Below are positions 27,618-37,603 of a stretch of DNA of 64,000 nt, in pieces. The stretch is taken from positions 352,001-416,000 of the forward strand of contig CAVOFT010000001.1 in the NCBI GenBank assembly GCA_963695095.1, given 5' to 3'. Position numbers and translations under genes: made by a program. This stretch comes from an uncultured bacterium. GTDB lineage: Bacteria; Krumholzibacteriota; Krumholzibacteriia; JACNKJ01. The stretch's first letter is position 1. Each line of letters starts with the position of its first letter. The notes beneath the pieces were generated by a model. It made no database searches and was not told the DNA's origin. It worked only from the letters and a program-made list of their open reading frames with translations.

Positions 27618-27944
27618 TCACCATCCCAGCAGGCGCCGGGCCTCGGGCGCCATGCGCGCGGGGCTCCAGGCGGGGGTATCGAGGACGCGCACGGCCACTT
27701 CCGTGCCCTCGGGGGCGGCGGCGCGCAAGGCCGCCTCGGCCTCGCGGGCGAGGTGGCCGTGGAGGGGGCAGGCGAGGGCGGTCATGATGAGGCCCACGCG
27801 CAGGCTGCCGGGGGCGCTCTCGATGCTCTCGACCAGGCCCAGGCTGACGATGTCGATGCCCAGCTCGGGATCCAGCACCCCGCGCAGGGCGGCGCGCACG
27901 GCCTCTTCGCTGAGCTGGGTGGGGCTCGTCACGACACTCTCCAT
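27618..27944 (-). CDS. DUF59/SufT metal-sulfur cluster assembly factor
   Basis: V.DPELG.DIVSLGLV, T..ACP, P.WSP.RM. Confidence 0.88.
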   Translation of the reverse strand: MESVVTSPTQLSEEAVRAALRGVLDPELGIDIVSLGLVESIESAPGSLRVGLIMTALACPLHGHLAREAEAALRAAAPEGTEVAVRVLDTPAWSPARMAPEARRLLGW

Positions 27945-28098
27945 TCACGCGCCAGGGCCGGGGCTCCGCAGGGGGCCGGAGGATTACTCTGGCCACTGCC
28001 TGGATTCCTGTCAAGCCGGCCGCTTCAGCGGCCGGCTGCCCCCCTTGCGGAGGCGGCGGGGCGTGCTTCCTTGCCGGCGGCTCTACCGGAGGTGACCC

Positions 28099-28662
28099 GT
28101 GACTCTCGCCATTCCCCTCGCCTGGCTGCCCCTGGCGATCTTCCTGGCCCGCATCACCGACGTGAGCCTGGGCACCGTGCGCACGATCGCCGTGGTCAAG
28201 GGGCGCATCGTCATCGCCTCGCTGCTGGGCTTCGTCGAGGTGCTGATCTGGGTGATCGCCGTGAGCAACGTCGTCACCCGGCTGGACCAGCCGCTCAACC
28301 TCGTGGCCTGGGCGGCCGGATTTGCCGTGGGCAACGCGGTGGGCATCTTCATCGAGCGCAAGCTGGCCCTGGGCGACCTGGTCATGCGCGTGATCAGTCG
28401 CGGGCAAGGGGCCGAGATCGCCGAGAAGCTGCGCAATCTCGGTCAGCGGGTCACCGAGTTCGAGGGCAAGGGCCGCAGCGGCCCCGTGCAGCTCCTCTAT
28501 GCCGTCGTGGATCGCGTCGACGGCGAGCGCGTGGAGCGGCTGGCGCGCGCCATCGACCCCGACTGCGTGGTGGTGAGCGAGGACGTCCGCCACGTCAACG
28601 TCAAGCTCCGCCCCATGATGACCCCGCGCACCGACTGGCGGAGCGTGCTGAAGAAGAAGTAG
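28099..28662 (+). CDS. UPF0316/DUF2179-type membrane protein
   Basis: IFLARI.DVSLGT.R, GF.EV.IW, GFA.GN..G, G..VT...G.G. Confidence 0.85.
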   Translation: MTLAIPLAWLPLAIFLARITDVSLGTVRTIAVVKGRIVIASLLGFVEVLIWVIAVSNVVTRLDQPLNLVAWAAGFAVGNAVGIFIERKLALGDLVMRVISRGQGAEIAEKLRNLGQRVTEFEGKGRSGPVQLLYAVVDRVDGERVERLARAIDPDCVVVSEDVRHVNVKLRPMMTPRTDWRSVLKKK

Positions 28663-28850
28663 CGGATCCGAAGGCCGGGACCGCAGGCCGCGGCGCCGAG
28701 CGGCTAATGCCTTGAATCCTCGGCACTTGCCCCCGGGGGCGCCCCGCCGCAGCTGACGCTGCAAGTTCCCCCCTGACAAGGGGTTGTGCGCCTGCCCGCC
28801 GCCGCCTATATTCGCGGGGCCGGAATCCGGCGAAGCGAGGAGGGAAGGCC

Positions 28851-30075
28851 ATGGCCAGCAGCGACGAGATCATCCGCAAGGACAGCAGCTACGGCGCGCA
28901 CAACTACCACCCGCTGCCCGTGGTGATCAGCAAGGCCGAGGGCGTCTGGGTCTGGGACCCCGAGGGCAAGCGCTACCTGGACTTCCTCAGCGCCTACTCG
29001 GCCGTCAACCAGGGCCACCGGCACCCGAAGATCATCGCCGCGCTGAAGGCGCAGGCCGACCGCGTCACCCTGACCAGCCGCGCCTTCCACAACGACCGCA
29101 TGGGCGACTTCCTCGAGGCCCTCTGCCGCTACACGGGCTTCGAGATGGCCCTGCCCATGAACACCGGCGCCGAGGCCGTGGAGACGGCCATCAAGCTGGC
29201 CCGCCGCTGGGGCGTCGAGAAGAAGGGCGTCGCCAACGGGAAGCAGGAGATCATCGTCTGCGCGGAGAACTTCCACGGGCGCACGAGCACGATCGTCAGC
29301 TTCAGCACGGATCCGGACGCCCGCGTCAACTACGGCCCCTACATGCCCGGCTTCACGGTGATCCCCTATGGCGACGTGGCGGCGCTCGAGAAGGCCATCA
29401 CGCCCGAACACGTGGCCTTCCTCGTCGAGCCCATCCAGGGCGAGGCCGGCGTGGCCCTGCCGCCCGCGGGCTATCTCGCGCGCCGTGCGCAAGCTCTGCA
29501 CCAAGCACAAGGTGCTCTTCATCGCCGACGAGGTGCAGACCGGCTTCTGCCGCACCGGCCGCAAGTTCGCCTGCGACCACGAGGGCGTGCGCCCCGACGT
29601 GATGTGCCTGGGCAAGGCGCTCGGCGGCGGCGTCCTGCCCGTGAGCGCCGTGGTGGCCGACAGGGCGATCATGGCGGTCTTCACGCCGGGCACGCACGGT
29701 TCCACCTTCGGCGGCAACCCGCTGGCCGCGGCCGTGGGCATCGCCGCGCTGGAGGTGCTCGAGGAGGAGCAGCTCGACGAGCGGGCGGCCGTGCTCGGCG
29801 AGAAGCTGCGCGAGGAACTGGGCGCCATCGACTGCCCGCGCATCGTCGAGGTGCGCGGCAAGGGCCTGCTCAACGCCGTGGTCTTCGAGCCGGGCTTCGA
29901 GGCCTGGGAGACCTGCCTCGCCCTGAAGGAGGCCGGCCTGCTCGCCAAGCAGACCCACGGCAACATCATCCGCTTTGCGCCGCCCCTGGTGATCAGCGAG
30001 GACGAGCTGGATCAGGCCATCGCCATCATCCGCAAGGTCTTCGCCGCCATCCCGGCCACGGCCGGCGCCAAGTAG
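28851..30075 (+). CDS. rocD: Ornithine--oxo-acid aminotransferase (one frameshift near 29480)
   Basis: [59 protein letters not shown]. Confidence 0.93.
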
Positions 30076-30097
30076 CATCGCGTTCGCACCGAGAAGC

Positions 30098-30129
30098 AAG
30101 GCGCCCCCGGCTCCGGCCGGGGGCGTTTT
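30098..30129 (+). terminator. Intrinsic terminator after rocD
   Basis: aaggcgcccccggc-tccg-gccgggggcgtttt. Confidence 0.75.
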
Positions 30130-30337
30130 CGCGTCGGTGGCGCCCGCCGCCGGGGGTGTTTTCGAGTGGCCGGCCGCCGCGCGCGGCGACCGCGCCGCGC
30201 AAATAGGCAACATCGCCTGATCAGAAGGCCACCAATTGCATGGGCGTCGCCGGGCGCGGGAGAGAGGATCGGCATCGCCAATAGCGCAATCGACGTAAAT
30301 CCAATGGGATAACAATCCTGCCCGCCGCTTTCTCATT

Positions 30338-30353
30338 CGGCACGACAGATGCT
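30338..30353 (+). promoter_or_regulatory. Sigma54 (-24/-12) promoter candidate
   Basis: CGGCACGACAGATGCT: GG-N10-GC, close to consensus TGGCACG-N4-TTGCW, with an AT-richer tract upstream. Confidence 0.6.
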
Positions 30354-30486
30354 TTCGGCGTGGCGAAGCGGGCGACCGCGGTTCCGGGTCAAGAATTGAG
30401 GCCGTCCAGGCCCCGCGGAATCGCCCACAGACGCCTCCCTCGGACCCGGATCGATGGGCGTCGGCGCCTCAGGAGACAGGAATATA

Positions 30487-30567
30487 ATGCAGACCAAGAA
30501 GTCCTCGACCACCAAGAGCAAGCCCTCCAAGACCCAGAGCTCGACCAAGCAGTCGCCCAAGCGCTAG
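30487..30567 (+). CDS. Unannotated 26-aa basic Lys/Ser/Thr-rich peptide MQTKKSSTTKSKPSKTQSSTKQSPKR
   Basis: AGGAG/AGGA upstream of ATG; every codon ends in G or C; followed by its own terminator. Confidence 0.6.
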   Translation: MQTKKSSTTKSKPSKTQSSTKQSPKR

Positions 30568-30593
30568 TCGCTGAGGACTCGGTCCTAATGCAC

Positions 30594-30625
30594 ACGGAGG
30601 CGGCTTCGGCCGCCTTCGTTTTTTT
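30594..30625 (+). terminator. Strong intrinsic terminator
   Basis: acggaggcggc-ttcg-gccgccttcgt followed by a T-run. Confidence 0.85.
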
Positions 30626-30658
30626 GTGCCCGCCCCCGGGGGCGAGCCGCTCCGGGGG

Positions 30659-33186
30659 CTAGACGCCGTCGTCGCCGGTGACCCGCGCGACGAGCAGGGT
30701 GTAGTCGTCCAGCAGCTCGCGCTCGCCGCGGAAGGCCGTGACCGCGGCCTCGATGGCGGCCATCACCCCGGCCGGCGGTCCCTCGCGCAGCGGCGCCGCC
30801 ACGCGGACGAGGCGCTCCTCGCCGAAATCCTCGTCGGCCGCATTCATCGCCTCGCTGACGCCGTCGGTGAAGGCGACGAGCAGGTCGCCGGGCGCGAGCG
30901 CCACGCTCTGCTCGGCGAAGTCGAGGCCCGGGAAGACGCCCAGGATGGGCCCCACCGGATCGAGCGCGCTCGCGCTGCCGTCGGCGTGGATCACGCGCGG
31001 CGGGTTGTGCCCGGCGTTGACGAAGCTGAGCTGCCGCGTGCGCGGGTCGTAGATCGCCGCGAAGAAGGTGATGAACTGCTCCACGCGCGTGTTGGCGTGG
31101 ATGATGTCGTTGATGCCGCCCACCATCTCGCCCAGGGGGACGCCGACGCGGGCCATGCTGCGCAGCGAAGCCTGCAGATTGGCCATGATCATGGCCGCCC
31201 CGGCGCCCTTGCCGGAGACGTCGCCCACGGCCATGAGCGTGCGGCCCTCGGGCAGGGCGAGCACGTCGTAGTAGTCGCCCGCCACCTCGAGGCTGGCCTG
31301 GAAGCAGGCGGCGAGCTCGAGCCCCGACGTCTTGGGCAGGCTGCGGGGCAGGAAGCCCTCCTGCACCCGCCGCGCCATGTCGAGCTGCTCCTGCAGGCGG
31401 CGCTTGTCCAGGGTCTCCTCGATCAGGCGCAGGTTCTCGCTCTCCAGCGCGACCTGGCTGCCGAGGGAGCGCAGTTCTTCGAGGCCGGCCACGCTGAGGC
31501 CCTCCCAGCTGGCGGTCGCAGACGAGGAAGAGCAGCCCCTGCAGCTCCGCGTGCATGGAGAGAGGCAGGATGACGCCGACGCGCCGCGTCAGCGAGCCAG
31601 GCGTCCTCGGCGTCGCTGAGCACCAGGCGGCCGCTCGCGCGCAGCTCGTCGACGAGCAGGGGCTCGCGGCCGCTGGCGCAGGGCCCGCATGAGCTGGCCG
31701 CGCTCGTCGAAGGGCAGGGCCTCGCTCGCCGGGCAGGAGCAGGCGCTCCCCCTTGGCATCGGCCATCGCCGGCACCAGCGCGGTGATGCGCAGGCCCTCG
31801 CGCAGGCTCTGCTCGAGGCGGGCGAAGAGGCTGCTGCGATCGGCCAGGGTGGCCGCGCGGGCGTGGAACTCGTCGAGGATCTCGCGCAGGCGGCGCTGCT
31901 CGGGGTAGATGCGCTCGGCGAAGGCGCTCTGGGCGCGCCGGTGCAGGGGCGTGACGCCCAGGGCGAGCAGCAAGGCCACGGCGAGCGTCGGCGAGCGGCC
32001 ATCCAAGCTTGAGGCCGCCCAGGAGCAGGCTGCTGATCCCGTAGAGCAGGACGAAGAAGAGGGCGAGCAGCACGCCGGTGACCAGGACGTAGCGCGTGCC
32101 GCGGCGCAGGCGGCCCTCCACCTCGAGGAGCCGGTAGCGGCCGAAGGCATAGGCGAAGCTGATCGGTGAGAGCAGGAGGGCGAGGAAGAGCCCCTGAATG
32201 AGGGCGATCTGCAGCAGGTCCGGCAGCCCGGCCATGAGTCCGGGGATGCTGCCCAGGACGACCAGCACGAAGAGCATGCCCAGGCCGAGGCCGCTGCCCC
32301 AGATGACCAGCGAGAGCTGCCGCTTCACGAGCGGCTCCGTCGCCCGCCGCTTGCGCTGGACGAGCACGAGGAATCCGCCGAAGGTGTAGATCGACATGGC
32401 AATGGAGATGCCGATGCCTGCCCCCGGCCAATCGCGCAGGGTCGCGATCACGATGACGATCTGCGGCGCGTAGAGCAGCAGGTGGGCGCGCAGGGTGTGC
32501 CGGCGCACCCAGTTCAGGGCCGCCGGGAAGTAGAGCTGCAAGTTCAGCCAGAAAACCCCGAAGCTGAGGATCATGGCGCCGATGACACCGGAGATGAGCT
32601 TCTGGCCGGGGATCGCAAAGGCCGGGTAGCGAGCCAGGCCGAGCTGCACGCCGCCCAGCATCAGTGAACTCATGGCGAAGCTGAACAGGGCCAGGGCGCG
32701 CACGCCGGCCTGGTCGGGCCGGCGGGTGACGGCCCAGAGACCGACGAGCAGGAAGCCGAGCGTGATCAGGACGCGCGTGAGCTCGAGCGCCGCGATGAAG
32801 GCGATGTCCTTGCCATGGCGCTCGCTGTAGAGCATCTCCGTATTCAGGGTCTCGCCCGCACGGAGGTAGCTGATCGCGACCCGGTCACCCGGCCTGGGGA
32901 TGAAGCTGCGCAGCGCGGCCCGGTCCAGGCTGTCGCCGGCGGCGGTGACGATGGCCAGCAGGGTGTCGCCCTTGGCCGGCAGGGGCCCGGGCGGGAAGTC
33001 CACGGGATCGACCTCGCCGAATACGAGCAGGCTGTCGGTCCCCGCCGTGCGGAGTTCCGTATCGTTCGAGCCCGCCGCCAGCCAGCCGCGCAGGCGCACG
33101 GCTTCCTGGACATAGAAGACGAAGTTGTAGAGCAGCAGGAGCAGGCCGAGGACGGCGATGGCCCAGCCGAAGCGCTTGCCCGTCAT
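30659..33186 (-). CDS. Membrane sensor PP2C/SpoIIE (RsbU-like) phosphatase, split by several frameshifts
   Basis: N-terminal TM plus PDZ-like segment (GDTLLAI), multi-TM region, then VAGDYYD, GDVSGKG, NAGHNPP, FTDGVSE, DDYT. Confidence 0.85.
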
Positions 33187-33284
33187 GCGTCACCCCGGGT
33201 TGGCGGCATTTGCCGGGGCCAGTGTGGCGGCGGGCCGGGTCGCTGTCAACGGCGCCTCGGCTCGGGGCGAGGCCAAAGGCGGGT

Positions 33285-33314
33285 CTGTCAAAACGCTTAC
33301 ATTCCCGCTATAAT
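33285..33314 (+). promoter_or_regulatory. Sigma70-like promoter
   Basis: CTGTCA-N18-TATAAT upstream of 33401. Confidence 0.5.
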
Positions 33315-33400
33315 CACCGGCAGCGGCGGCCGCCATGGACTTGGGGCCCGCCGCGCCGATCCAGCGGGGATGCGCAGCCCCTGTCTTCGTGGAGGCAGTC

Positions 33401-33646
33401 ATGACCAAGCTCGCCAACATGGCCACCCGCGTGCTCTTCATCGCCGCATTTCTCTTGGCTGCCCTCGCTCTCTGGGAGAAGCTCTTCAAGGTGCTGGGAG
33501 CGAGCATGTTCCCGGACACCAAACCACTCAGCATGCTGCAGACCGCCGGCGTGATCCTGCTCTTCGTGATCTCCATGCAGCTCCACGAGCTGCTGGAGGT
33601 GAAGCGGGACGAGCAGTGGCGCGACAGGGGCCGTGACGAGGACTGA
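33401..33646 (+). CDS. Small two-TM hypothetical protein
   Basis: GGAGG RBS; two hydrophobic helices. Confidence 0.65.
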   Translation: MTKLANMATRVLFIAAFLLAALALWEKLFKVLGASMFPDTKPLSMLQTAGVILLFVISMQLHELLEVKRDEQWRDRGRDED

Positions 33647-33697
33647 GGAAGGGACCGCGCGCCAGGCAACGCGGCGGCAGGCCGCTCAAGGAGGCGC

Positions 33698-34111
33698 ATG
33701 GCCATTCGCATCCGACCCGTCGAGTACTTCTACACGATGGTCGAGGACCGTCCCGGTGAGGCCTACCGCCTGCTGAGCAGCCTGGCGGCGGCCGACGTCA
33801 ACCTGCTCGCCTTCAACATCGTGCCGGTGGGCGCCAGCGCCACCCAGCTCGTGCTCTTTCCCGAGCACCCCGAGGGCCTGGCCCGGGCCGCCGAGCGCGG
33901 GGGCTTTTCGATCAGCAGCCCCCAGCAGGCGCTGCTCATCCAGGGGGACGACGAGCTGGGAGCCCTGGTCGCGGTGCATCACAAGCTCTTCGAGGCGGGG
34001 GTGAACGTCTACGCCTCCAACGGCGTGAACGACGGCCGTGGCGCCTACGGCTACGTCGTCTACGTGCGCCCCGAGGGCTTCGCCGACGCCCTGCGCGCGC
34101 TCGGCTTGTAG
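33698..34111 (+). CDS. Tandem ACT-like domain protein
   Basis: AGGAGG RBS; EDRPG...L..L...VNL and D..GAL......L...GVNV repeats. Confidence 0.7.
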   Translation: MAIRIRPVEYFYTMVEDRPGEAYRLLSSLAAADVNLLAFNIVPVGASATQLVLFPEHPEGLARAAERGGFSISSPQQALLIQGDDELGALVAVHHKLFEAGVNVYASNGVNDGRGAYGYVVYVRPEGFADALRALGL

Positions 34112-34200
34112 CGCTCGCGCGTTCCCTCTCGCGCCCGAAGCAAGGGCGCTCGCGCGTTCCCTCTCGCGCCCGAAACAACGGGCGCGACCCGGGAACGCGC
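34111..34200. repeat. 35-bp tandem duplication whose second copy begins a long hairpin with AAACAA loop
   Basis: 34111-34145 vs 34146-34180 (2 mismatches); stem gcgcgttccc..tcgcgcccg / cgggcgcga...gggaacgcgc. Confidence 0.8.
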
Positions 34201-34234
34201 TCGCTTGCGCGAACCCCGCCCTGCCCCCCCAAGG

Positions 34235-34263
34235 GTGTCATTTCGGACAGCGCGTGCTATAAT
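34235..34263 (+). promoter_or_regulatory. Sigma70 promoter with extended -10
   Basis: GTGTCA-N17-TATAAT with TG at -14/-15. Confidence 0.65.
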
Positions 34264-34306
34264 TGCCGGGCACCCGATTTTCGCTCATTCAACCTGGGAG
34301 GATGCC

Positions 34307-36502
34307 ATGTACGCGCAGCGCAAGCGCCTCGGCCCGTGGCTGGGGCTCCTGCTGGTACTGGCGGTGGTGGGGACCGCGTTCGCGCACGACGAGCTCGTGC
34401 CGCGTCCCGCGACCGTGGCTGCCGGCGGGCCGGTGCCCACAGACTTCGATCGTCTCAACTACCTCTTCGAGAGCTTCGAGTCCGCCGTGCCCCCGACCGG
34501 CTGGACCCTGATGACCAGCGGCGTCTCGACGACCTGGGAGCAGACCAATGCCGCCGCCCAGAGCGGCAACTTCTCGGCGGCCGTCTTCTACGGCCCGCAG
34601 GGCGCCATGCAGGACGAGTGGCTGGTGACTTCGGCCATCGACCTGTCGACGGCCGGCGGCGCCACGCTCGAGTTCTTCGAGAACGAGGCCTACTGGGCCG
34701 ACTACGGCCTCAGGCACAGCATCGCCGTGAGCACAACGGTGCCCGACAACCCCGCCGCCTTCACGAACGTGATCGTGTGGACGCCTGCGAACCACACGAT
34801 CAACGGCTTCGGCGGCGATCCCGTGCAGCTCGACCTCAGCGCCTATGCCGGCTTCAGCACGGTCTACGTGGCCTTCCGCTACGAGGGCGACTGGGCGGAC
34901 GACTGGTACATCGACGACGTGCGCGTCTTCGAGCCCAGCGCCCACGACATTGCCGCGCTCGAGGCGCTGCCCATCGGGCACGTCGAGGGCGGCACGGCGA
35001 TCACCCCGCAGGGCGTGGTCAAGAACGTCGGCCTCAACGCGGAGAGCTTCGACGTGCGCTACGAGCTGTTCGTGGAGGGCGTGTCGGTCTACGAGGAGAT
35101 CGTCGCCGTGGCGAACGTCGCACCAAACGCGACGAGGACGGTGGACTTCCCGACCTTCGTCGTCGAGGGCGGCAACTACTACCAGGCGCAGCTGACCACG
35201 CTGCTGGCCGGCGATGAGGACACCTCCAACGACGTCGCCTGGGGCGGCTTCGACAGCTGGTTGCTCACGCACACGCCGATGATGTTCCTGTTCACGAACA
35301 GCGGCTGCAGCCCCTGCGTGCAGGCGAACGAGGCGATGGACGCCTACATGCCCACCCAGGGCAACGCCGTCGCCCTCATGCGCATCCACGCCTGGTGGCC
35401 CTTTGCCGGCGACATCATGTACACGGCCAACGTGGACCAGTGCACGGCCTACATCGACGAGTACGGCGTGAACGGCGTGCCCGATTTCTGGCTCGACGGC
35501 TTCTTGGGCCTGGGCTACGCGGGCGTTGACGCCGTGGCCGCCTTCGAGGAGGCCAAGCTCTGGGCCAGCCCGATGAGCGTGACGCCCGCGTTCTGGAACA
35601 TGGCCACCGAGCAGCTCACGGTGGAGATCCAGATCAACTCCGAGCTGCCGCCCGGCGGCGATTACCGCCTGGTCTGCTGCTTCACCGAGGACGGCATCGA
35701 GCACAACGGCGGCAACGGAGAGCCTCTCCACAACCAGGCCTTCCTCTGGGCCTATCCGGACATGGAGGGCACGCCGATCGGGACCATGACGGGTTCGTAC
35801 TGGTACATCATCGACATGCCGCTGAACCCGGCGGGCAGCACGACGATTCCCTGGGAGTACGTCAACCTGCGGGCGACCTGCTACGTGCAGGACCGCGGCG
35901 AGGCGGCCTTCCGCAAGATCTACGAGGCCGGCACGCGCTTCCTCACCGAGATCGACGACGTGACCCCCGTGGCGCTCAGCCTCTTCGAGCTGAACGCGCG
36001 GCCGGGCGCGGTGGACATCCGCTGGGAGAGCGCCACCGAGCAGGCGGACTTCCGTCTCCTGCGCGTGCTCGACGGCGCGCAGGTCGAGCTGCCCTACACG
36101 GTCGGCACCGGTGGCAGCTACACGGCGACGGATGCGCTGGCCGCGGGTGGCGAGGCGCGCTACCAGCTCTTCGGCCGCGAGGCGGGCGAGGACTGGCTGC
36201 TGCTGCGCAGCGAGAACGTCACGGTGGAACCGGCAGTGATCGCCAGCCGCCTGGAGCGCTGCTGGCCGAACCCCTTCAACCCGAAGACCACGATTCGCTA
36301 CACGCTGGCCGCGGCGGGCGAAGTGCGCGTGAGCGTCTTCGACCTGCAGGGCCGCCGCGTGGCGGATCTCTTCCAGGGCGCGCAGACGGCCGGTTCCCAT
36401 GAGCTGAGCTGGGACGCCGGCGAGCTGGGTTCGGGGATCTACTTCGTGCGGCTTGTCGGCCAGAACGTGCGCGACAGCCAGAAGGTGGTCCTCACCAAGT
36501 GA
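34307..36502 (+). CDS. Secreted multidomain protein (cleaved-adhesin-like, CARDB-like, Omp28-like CxxC, FlgD-Ig/T9SS-like CTD)
   Basis: Signal peptide; ESFE..PP.GW, DEWLVT, WYIDDV; FT..GCSPC; PNPFNP.T.I.Y...GIYFVRL. Confidence 0.82.
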   Translation: MYAQRKRLGPWLGLLLVLAVVGTAFAHDELVPRPATVAAGGPVPTDFDRLNYLFESFESAVPPTGWTLMTSGVSTTWEQTNAAAQSGNFSAAVFYGPQGAMQDEWLVTSAIDLSTAGGATLEFFENEAYWADYGLRHSIAVSTTVPDNPAAFTNVIVWTPANHTINGFGGDPVQLDLSAYAGFSTVYVAFRYEGDWADDWYIDDVRVFEPSAHDIAALEALPIGHVEGGTAITPQGVVKNVGLNAESFDVRYELFVEGVSVYEEIVAVANVAPNATRTVDFPTFVVEGGNYYQAQLTTLLAGDEDTSNDVAWGGFDSWLLTHTPMMFLFTNSGCSPCVQANEAMDAYMPTQGNAVALMRIHAWWPFAGDIMYTANVDQCTAYIDEYGVNGVPDFWLDGFLGLGYAGVDAVAAFEEAKLWASPMSVTPAFWNMATEQLTVEIQINSELPPGGDYRLVCCFTEDGIEHNGGNGEPLHNQAFLWAYPDMEGTPIGTMTGSYWYIIDMPLNPAGSTTIPWEYVNLRATCYVQDRGEAAFRKIYEAGTRFLTEIDDVTPVALSLFELNARPGAVDIRWESATEQADFRLLRVLDGAQVELPYTVGTGGSYTATDALAAGGEARYQLFGREAGEDWLLLRSENVTVEPAVIASRLERCWPNPFNPKTTIRYTLAAAGEVRVSVFDLQGRRVADLFQGAQTAGSHELSWDAGELGSGIYFVRLVGQNVRDSQKVVLTK

Positions 36503-36563
36503 GCCCACTCACGTCCGCCCGCGCGCGAAACAACGCGCGCGGCGCGGACGCGAGCGAGCTCAC
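36499..36563. repeat. Long hairpin with AAACAA loop overlapping the stop codon
   Basis: cgtccgc-ccgcgcgcg-aaacaa-cgcgcgcgg-c-gcggacg, extended by gtgagc...gctcac. Confidence 0.75.
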
Positions 36564-36634
36564 TGGGAGCGCCGCGTTCAGACCGCGCGGGCGAGCCGGC
36601 CACTGGCTAGCGAGCGCGAAGGCTCCAGCAACAA

Positions 36635-36670
36635 GGCAAAGGGGGAGCCCGGTGGCTCCCCCCTGTTGCC
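36635..36670. terminator. Hairpin, possible terminator
   Basis: ggcaaagggggagcc-cggt-ggctccccctgttgcc; weak U-tract. Confidence 0.5.
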
Positions 36671-36835
36671 ACGTGGCAACTCTGGCCCTGCCCGGACCGC
36701 CCGCCCCCGGGGGCGGGCATGCCTTGCGCGAGGCTTGCGTGCAGGGATCCCGCGGATGAAACAGCTTGCGAGCCGCTCCCGGGGGCCGCATCCTAAGGGG
36801 GCGCAGCCGCGCGCCTTCCCGTTCCCGGAGCGTCC

Positions 36836-37603
36836 ATGAAGCGTTGGCACAAGGTCGGCGCCGCCGCCCTCTTGATTCTCGCCGTGGCCGTGGCGGCCCT
36901 GCTCTACTTCCCGCCGCGGCAGCTGCTCTACGCGGTGGCGCGGGCCAATCCCGAGGTGCTCTTCTACGTGGAGACCCAGCGGCCCGTCCTGGCGCTAACG
37001 CTGGATGATGGGCCCGACCCCGTCGTCACCCCCCAGATCCTGGACCTGCTCGCCCGCCACGGCGTGCGCGCCACCTTCTTCCTCATCGGCGATCGCGTGC
37101 CCGGCAACGAGGCCCTGCTCGCGCGCATGCGCGCCGAGGGCCATGAGCTGGCCAATCACCTGGCCCACGACGAGTCCTCCCTCGGCCTCTCGCCGGCGGA
37201 GTTCAGGCACCAGCTCGCCGAGGTGGACTCCCTGATCGCCGGCGAAGATGGCCTGGGCGGCCACTGGCTGCGCCCCGGCAGCGGTTGGTTCAATGAGCGC
37301 ATGATCGAGCAGCTCGAGACGGAGGGCTACCGCCTCGCCCTGGGCTCGGTCTACCCGCATGACCTGGTGATGCAGAGCCCGGCGCTGATCGCGGACTTCA
37401 TCCTCGAGCGCAGCTTCCCGGGCGGGGTGATCATCCTGCACGACGGCGACGGCGATCCGGCGCGCACCCTGGCCGTGCTCGAGCGCGTGCTGCCCGTGCT
37501 CATCGCCCGCGGCTACGACTTCCTCACGCTCACGGAGCTGGCCGCGCTGGACGCCAACGGGCCCGGCATCGCCGCCCTGCCCGCCGCGCCGCCTGCCTCT
37601 TAA
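36836..37603 (+). CDS. Polysaccharide (NodB/chitin) deacetylase
   Basis: LTLDDGP, ATFFLIG, ANHL.H, LRPG.G, IILHDG. Confidence 0.9.
   Translation: MKRWHKVGAAALLILAVAVAALLYFPPRQLLYAVARANPEVLFYVETQRPVLALTLDDGPDPVVTPQILDLLARHGVRATFFLIGDRVPGNEALLARMRAEGHELANHLAHDESSLGLSPAEFRHQLAEVDSLIAGEDGLGGHWLRPGSGWFNERMIEQLETEGYRLALGSVYPHDLVMQSPALIADFILERSFPGGVIILHDGDGDPARTLAVLERVLPVLIARGYDFLTLTELAALDANGPGIAALPAAPPAS

Noticed and set aside
34111..34180. 35-bp repeat as a CRISPR array
   Set aside because: Two adjacent copies, no spacers, no cas genes.
36665..36680. parS site
   Set aside because: Arms (GTTGC/GCAAC) do not match TGTTT/AAACA; kept only as an unexplained palindrome.
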